Program-made: the position numbers and the translations under genes
Shown: piece after piece, positions 58,953 through 64,000 of the stretch
How positions within the stretch are numbered: position 1 is the stretch's first letter
Layout of the letters: every line of letters begins with the position of its first letter
Notes under the pieces: model-generated
What the model was told of the DNA's origin: nothing
The model's database searches: none
What the model saw: only the letters and a program-made list of their open reading frames with translations
Source: Acidobacteriota bacterium
GTDB lineage: Bacteria; Acidobacteriota; UBA6911
Assembly (NCBI GenBank): GCA_963664705.1
Contig: OY761556.1
Coordinates: 6,752,001 to 6,816,000 of the forward strand
Reading direction: 5' to 3'
DNA: 64,000 nt

Positions 58953-60275
58953 ATGCTGGAACGGCTGTTCAAACTGCAGGAAAACCGTACTGATCTGAAG
59001 ACGGAGGTCATGGCCGGGGTTACGACCTTTATGACCCTTTCCTACATTATTTTTGTCCAGCCCACCGTGCTCTCCGCCTGCGGCATGGATTTTGGCGCCG
59101 TTCTGGTGGCCACCTGCGTTTCCAGCGCTATCGCGACATTCCTGATGGGTGTCTATGCCAACTATCCGATCGCTCTTGCGCCGGGGATGGGGCAGAATTT
59201 CTTTTTTGCCTACACGGTTGTGCTCAAAATGGGGATCCCTTGGGAGAAGGCGCTGGGAGCGGTTTTTATCTCCGGCGCGCTGTTTCTTCTGCTCTCTTTC
59301 TTCGGATTCCGCGAAAAACTGATCGATGGAATGCCGGATTCGCTCAAGGAGGCCATCGCCGTCGGCATCGGGCTATTCATTGCGATGATCGGTTTTCAAT
59401 GGTCGGGTATCGTCGTCGGTTCGCCTGGAACGCTGGTGAGCATCGGTTCTCTGCACAGCGCGCCTGTGCTGCTTTCCGTTCTCGGCCTGCTGCTGACGGT
59501 CGTTCTGGTGGCAGCACGCATCCGCGGCGCCCTGCTGTGGGGCATCCTGGTAACGGCGTTGGCCGGATTGCCTTTGGGAGTTGTGAAATATCATGGAATT
59601 ATCGGCCCCGTGCCGTCCATCACGCCGTCGTTTCTGAAACTGGATATCCCGGGAGCCTTTGATATCGGCCTGGTCAGCGTCATTTTCATTTTCTTCTTCC
59701 TCGCCCTTTTCGATTCAGTGGGGACGCTGATCGGAGTCAGCAGCCAGGCGGGCCTGCTGGTCGATGGAAAGCTCCGCCGCGCCCGCCAGGCCCTATCCGC
59801 GGATGCCTTCGGATCCGTTGCCGGGGCGATGATGGGAACCTCTACTGTAACGGCATATGTCGAAAGCGCCGCCGGTGTCGCGGAAGGTGGCCGGACCGGG
59901 CTCTCGAATATGGTGACGGGCCTTTTGATGCTGGCTTCCCTGTTTTTCTATCCCCTCTCCCGAATGGTGGGGGATGGGTTCAAACTGGCAAGCGGATTCC
60001 AGATTTACCCCGTGGTTGCACCCGCGCTGATTGTGGTAGGGAGCATGATGCTTGCCAATGTTCGGCGTATTCGCTGGGAGGACGCCACGGAAGCCATCCC
60101 GGCTTTTTTGACCATCGCCGTTATGCCATTTACCTTCAGCATCACGGAAGGGATTGCGTTCGGGTTCATTTCCTATGCGCTTGTGAAACTGGTCAGCGGG
60201 CGGGGAAAGGAAGTTCCGGGTCTGGTGTATTTCTTTGCCGTACTATTTGTAATTCGGTATGTGTATCTGCAGTAG
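58953..60275 (+). CDS. NCS2 (AzgA/PbuG-like) purine permease
   Basis: TEVMAGVTTFMT, APGMG.N, FDSVGT, YVESAAGV.EGGRTG. Confidence 0.95.
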   Translation: MLERLFKLQENRTDLKTEVMAGVTTFMTLSYIIFVQPTVLSACGMDFGAVLVATCVSSAIATFLMGVYANYPIALAPGMGQNFFFAYTVVLKMGIPWEKALGAVFISGALFLLLSFFGFREKLIDGMPDSLKEAIAVGIGLFIAMIGFQWSGIVVGSPGTLVSIGSLHSAPVLLSVLGLLLTVVLVAARIRGALLWGILVTALAGLPLGVVKYHGIIGPVPSITPSFLKLDIPGAFDIGLVSVIFIFFFLALFDSVGTLIGVSSQAGLLVDGKLRRARQALSADAFGSVAGAMMGTSTVTAYVESAAGVAEGGRTGLSNMVTGLLMLASLFFYPLSRMVGDGFKLASGFQIYPVVAPALIVVGSMMLANVRRIRWEDATEAIPAFLTIAVMPFTFSITEGIAFGFISYALVKLVSGRGKEVPGLVYFFAVLFVIRYVYLQ

Positions 60276-60292
60276 TCCGCAGCTGGCGCCGA

Positions 60293-60348
60293 GATTCAAA
60301 ACTCCAGATTCCCGATAATCCGGAATCCGGAATCCGAAATCGAGAATC
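60293..60348. repeat. Inverted heptamer repeat cluster (GATTCCR / YGGAATC)
   Basis: GATTCAA AACTCCA GATTCCC GATAATC CGGAATC CGGAATC CGAAATC GAGAATC between convergent genes. Confidence 0.7.
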
Positions 60349-60354
60349 CCAAAC

Positions 60355-61137
60355 CTAATCCGATACAAAAACCTTGCTGCAGGTAAAAACGACGGGAGAA
60401 GTAACCGCCTGTCCGTTTTCGCTTGCCGGCCGGAAACGCGCGGATGCTATCAACCACTTGAAATTGGTCAGCATCGTCTGGTCGTAAGGATGCTCAAGAA
60501 CGGTTTCGACTTTGGCGGCTCCGTTGCGGTCCACGGTAGCGACTACAGAAAAAGTGTCTTCTTCCCCAACTCTGGAAATGCTTTGTCCATATTCCACAAG
60601 ATACAGGGGATTAATCGCGGCAGGTGCACTTCGGCTCTGCAGCGAAGGGGACATTCCGAGTTTCTTCGTCAAGGATCGGCTTACGTTGTTCCGGTAGGCA
60701 GGCTGCTGGCCGAGGCAGTAATATGCCGGCGTGATGGAAGCGCGCTGCGTATCCTGAGCTTCCACAGCCAGGTATGGAGTAATCGCCGTGGGGACCAGGA
60801 GAAAGAACAAGGAGGCAAGCAGCGTTCCCACTGCTCTTGTTGCATACCACATCCCTTCGGTTGTGCGGATTATGGACCAGTAGCGTTCCAGCTCATTTCG
60901 TACACGCACACGCCAAGGCTCTTCTGCCAGCCGGTATCGCACGAGGCGGTGCAGAAATTCCGGGGCCTCGACTCCGCTCATGGACCGCAGCTTGCGCTGC
61001 AGAGTCGAAAGCGTGTCGAATTCTTTCCGGCACCGAATGCACTGCCCCAAGTGCTGATTGACTTGGACTGCCGTATCGTCATCCAGGACACCGTCCAGGA
61101 ACTCCGATAGCAATGGTAAAACCTTGTTACATAACAT
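60355..61137 (-). CDS. zf-HC2 anti-sigma factor with a TM helix and a TonB-C-like C-terminal domain
   Basis: LSEFLDG.L..HLGQCIRC, TM helix, VVATVDRNG..ARFRPA..NGQAV. Confidence 0.85.
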   Translation of the reverse strand: MLCNKVLPLLSEFLDGVLDDDTAVQVNQHLGQCIRCRKEFDTLSTLQRKLRSMSGVEAPEFLHRLVRYRLAEEPWRVRVRNELERYWSIIRTTEGMWYATRAVGTLLASLFFLLVPTAITPYLAVEAQDTQRASITPAYYCLGQQPAYRNNVSRSLTKKLGMSPSLQSRSAPAAINPLYLVEYGQSISRVGEEDTFSVVATVDRNGAAKVETVLEHPYDQTMLTNFKWLIASARFRPASENGQAVTSPVVFTCSKVFVSD

Positions 61138-61155
61138 GGCGGCCTCTAGTTCAGC

Positions 61156-61770
61156 TCATCGCTCCTTAAAGTGTCGCTTCAGCGTTTCTCGCCCTCGGGC
61201 AATCCGCGATTTTACGGTACCGAGGGAAATCTGCATCGATTCTGCAATCTCCTCATAAGAGAGCCCTTCAATATCCCGCATCACCACGGCAATTCTCTGC
61301 TGCAATGGCAATTGGAGAAGCAAGCGCTCTATTTCCGCATGCTCTTCCTGGATCAGGAGAGCTTCTTCGGGGCTCTGGTTGTCCGACTTCATATGACAGA
61401 AGAGCTCCCGATCGGGATTATTGGCCAGGTGCTCTTCCAGGGATACCGTCCCCCGGCGCCTCAAACGGTTCCACCAGCGGAACCGGTTTGCCGCCCGGTT
61501 GACAGCAATGCAGTAAATCCATGTTTTTAAAGAGGATTCACCGCGGAAGGAATCCATTTTTCTGAAGATCGTCAGGAACACCTCCTGCGAAACATCCAGG
61601 GCTTCCTCCCGGTCTCCCAAAATATGAAACACTAATCCGAACACCATCGAGTTGTAACGCTCGAATAGTTCGTCAAAGGTCAGTCCGATCCTTCTGTCAA
61701 CACTATCCAGAGTTGACCTTTGTGTTACCGCACTGTCTTCTTTTGCCAGCGCCAGTTCATCCGGATACAT
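61156..61770 (-). CDS. ECF sigma-70 factor (RpoE/SigW-like)
   Basis: DVSQEVF, FRGESSLKTWIY, EGLSYEEIA, GTVKSRIARGR. Confidence 0.95.
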   Translation of the reverse strand: MYPDELALAKEDSAVTQRSTLDSVDRRIGLTFDELFERYNSMVFGLVFHILGDREEALDVSQEVFLTIFRKMDSFRGESSLKTWIYCIAVNRAANRFRWWNRLRRRGTVSLEEHLANNPDRELFCHMKSDNQSPEEALLIQEEHAEIERLLLQLPLQQRIAVVMRDIEGLSYEEIAESMQISLGTVKSRIARGRETLKRHFKER

Positions 61771-61858
61771 AACCTATCCACGTCTGCGCCTGAACGTAAC
61801 ACATGCCTAACGTTTGAGACATCCTTCAGGAAAAAAAGTTCCAATTATCTAGAAATAC

Positions 61859-62242
61859 CTACAGAGCCGGGTGTTCTCCGGCCTTGTTCACGGCATCTTC
61901 CGGAAAACCGATGGATTCGCGCAAGACTCGTGGTTTTTCCGGTTTTTCAATGGCCAGAAGCTGGTTAAGCTCATCGGAACTCAAGAGTTGCACCTTTTCC
62001 AGGTATTCTGAGATTCGTAGAAGCCTTTCCATTTTGGAGCTTTTATCCGGAGCTGCAGAGATGACAGCTTGAAAGCGTTCTCGCAAAGAATTGGAATCTA
62101 TTCCTGAAGGGGATTTTTGCAGCAAGGACTGTTCCACAACAAAGTAAATCAGCGAAGGAGAATAGTGCTTTGCCGCTCCGTAACAAATCGACGCCATGAC
62201 AAAAAGCGAACCAAGAACGACAGATCGCTTTTGAATCGTCAT
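61859..62242 (-). CDS. Hypothetical membrane-anchored protein
   Basis: ATG at 62242, N-terminal hydrophobic helix, helical body. Upstream of the sigma gene on the same strand. Confidence 0.55.
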   Translation of the reverse strand: MTIQKRSVVLGSLFVMASICYGAAKHYSPSLIYFVVEQSLLQKSPSGIDSNSLRERFQAVISAAPDKSSKMERLLRISEYLEKVQLLSSDELNQLLAIEKPEKPRVLRESIGFPEDAVNKAGEHPAL

Positions 62243-62440
62243 ACAGGTGCCGACCTCCGCCAGAAGTATACCAGATGCAGGGGATTGGATACAGGATTGG
62301 CATTTCCGGGCGGCCGATCCGGGGTATTGCAGGTGGGGAGGTGAGATAACGAGGCACTGAAAACTGGGAATCCTTGCATCCGGCCTCCCGCATCCTGTAT
62401 TCTGCAACTGTATCCAAGGAAACCAGCAGGAGTGCGTCAA

Positions 62441-63448
62441 ATGGCTTGTCCTCAATGCCAGAGCAATGAGATCAGCCCGGAGGGCTCATGCCTGATCTGC
62501 GGCTACAAGATCGATGCCAAACCCACGGAACCAAAAGAAGAAGCGGACCCTCAGCCGGAGGCTGGGCCTTCGGGGGCGATAGAAGTCAATTATGCCGAAG
62601 GAGAACCGGCTGCCGGGAAAAGCGAGGTCCCGCCGTGGAGGCAGCAGCTCTCGCAGAGATTGCATGAGATAAAGCAGAAGAGAGAATCAATGGCGGCCTC
62701 TGCTCCTGTCGAAAGAAAGCCGGCACCAGCGCCGGCTCCCCCGATGAAATCCCTGGAAAGCATGAATTCCCTGCAGGAGCGGTTGAAGCGCGTGCCGGTG
62801 CGCAAGCCGCAGGTGCCGGTTATTCCATTACCCCGGCAGCGAAAACTGGAGCCGCTGCCCGAGCCAGCTCCCCGGCCGGCCCCTCAGCCATCCTCCAAAC
62901 CGGCGGATGTGCAGGAAATCAGGAATCTGATCGATAGCGCCGTATCCAAGCAGGCTCCCACGGCTCCTGCCCGACCTGAGCTTGTTTCGGTTATAGCAAG
63001 CGGACCCGCACCGGCGTCAGCGCCGGCGTTGGAACCCTCGGAAGGGAAGCTGATTTTCCTCTCACGGACCCTTGCGGGGCTGGTGGATTTGATCGTGGTG
63101 GTGCTCTGCACGGGCGGATTCATTATCGCGGCCGATTATTTTTCCGGGATTATCGAGCTGGATCACCTGAGCCTGGCGCTGTTTGCTGTCGTATTCCTCA
63201 TGGTATTTTTTGTGTATTCGCTTTTCTTTCTTTCGGCCACAAACCAGACAATCGGCATGATGATTACCGATCTTCGGGTGGTTGCAGGCAGTGAAACGCG
63301 TCCGTCGATCCGGCAACTCCTGGGCCGGTGCAGTGCTTTCCTCCTTTCTCTTCTTTGTGCCGGGATTGGGCTTTTCCTGGGACTTTTTGACCGAGACAGC
63401 CTGTGTTTTCACGACCGTGTTTCGGGCACACATGTTGTGAGGATCTGA
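62441..63448 (+). CDS. RDD-family membrane protein with an N-terminal Zn ribbon and Pro-rich linker
   Basis: CPQC..CLIC, RTLAGLVD, QTIGM, HDRVSGT.V. Confidence 0.88.
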   Translation: MACPQCQSNEISPEGSCLICGYKIDAKPTEPKEEADPQPEAGPSGAIEVNYAEGEPAAGKSEVPPWRQQLSQRLHEIKQKRESMAASAPVERKPAPAPAPPMKSLESMNSLQERLKRVPVRKPQVPVIPLPRQRKLEPLPEPAPRPAPQPSSKPADVQEIRNLIDSAVSKQAPTAPARPELVSVIASGPAPASAPALEPSEGKLIFLSRTLAGLVDLIVVVLCTGGFIIAADYFSGIIELDHLSLALFAVVFLMVFFVYSLFFLSATNQTIGMMITDLRVVAGSETRPSIRQLLGRCSAFLLSLLCAGIGLFLGLFDRDSLCFHDRVSGTHVVRI

Positions 63449-63472
63449 CCACCCTGCAGGCAAGACACACCG

Positions 63473-63857
63473 AGAGCGCCGCCGTCCCGGCGAATGCCGC
63501 ATGATATTTGCGCTAGGCCCTGCGACGCAACTGAAGCGACAGGCCCAGAGGGCCGAGAGATCGTAGCCGGGGGTGAAGCGCAGCGAACCCCCGGTAGCGA
63601 TAAGGGGGAGAGAGAGCCCCGGCCAGGGGCGAAAGATCAGCATTCTGCCGCCCCGTCAGGGCTTGATACAGGACTAATTCAATCCGGGGGTTCGCAAAAA
63701 GCGCTCACCCCCGGCTGCGTTCTGGCCGCCCCGCTGGGGCTGGGAAGCCTCGTGCTTCCGGCTTCCTTGGGCAAATAATATGCGGCATTGGCCGTCCCGG
63801 CGGCAAAAGGCATAGCCGCTTGCATGGCGCCGATGCCGCCGGGACGGCCGCGCTCCC
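63473..63857. repeat. Composite REP/BIME-like element, copy B
   Basis: Near-identical to the reverse complement of about 790-1200, with one rather than two 78-bp units. Bounded by GAGAGCGCCGCCGTCCCGGC and GCCGGGACGGCCGCGCTCCC. Confidence 0.85.
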
Positions 63858-63867
63858 AATGTCTGAA

Positions 63868-64000
63868 TCAGAATCCCTTTACCTGGGGGGCGTAGGACGC
63901 CGGCAGGCCAAGGACAAATCGCACATTGGCACCCTCATGGCGGATCGCTTCAATGGCATTGTCGTGTTGCAGCGAAAACCCCGCGGGAGTTTCCTCGGAT
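63868..64000 (-). CDS. 3' end of an unidentified CDS entering from the right edge
   Basis: Open frame ..SEETPAGFSLQHDNAIEAIRHEGANVRFVLGLPASYAPQVKGF-TGA. Too short to identify. Confidence 0.4.
   Translation of the reverse strand, partial: SEETPAGFSLQHDNAIEAIRHEGANVRFVLGLPASYAPQVKGF

Overview
Bacterial, moderately GC-rich, gene-dense chromosomal window. It is probably from an anaerobic or facultative Acidobacteriota member (inferred from the Oar-type TonB-dependent transporter and the acidobacterial-style STAS and ECF/anti-sigma genes). Main signal (about 4.5-22.5 kb): four genes that the ORF track splits in two are each one reading frame interrupted by a single in-frame TGA. In each case the TGA falls in a redox motif and is followed by a bacterial SECIS-like hairpin, so these read as selenoproteins. 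Three are paralogous, signal-peptide-bearing UGSC-type proteins (motifs GH-U-SSC, GH-U-STC, GD-U-GSC, each fused to a large C-terminal domain). The fourth is a DUF1573/Ig-like protein (TS-U-ACT) next to a tetraheme cytochrome c. They lie among a divergent aldehyde:ferredoxin oxidoreductase, a 1370-aa TonB-dependent transporter, an exported CxC rhodanese, two DUF4352-like proteins and an IclR regulator. A shared 17-bp operator (TGACATATCGTATAGGA-like) sits 44-46 bp downstream of a TTGAC box in three of the promoters, which suggests one regulon. The rest of the window holds a second AOR, a class I benzoyl-CoA-reductase-like four-gene set, a YdaL/YdaM-like exopolysaccharide locus with wecB, a frameshifted esterase, several peptidases, housekeeping genes, an ECF sigma/anti-sigma pair and three families of intergenic repeats. 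No rRNA, tRNA, CRISPR array or transposase was seen. All calls come from reading motifs by eye; no database searches were run.
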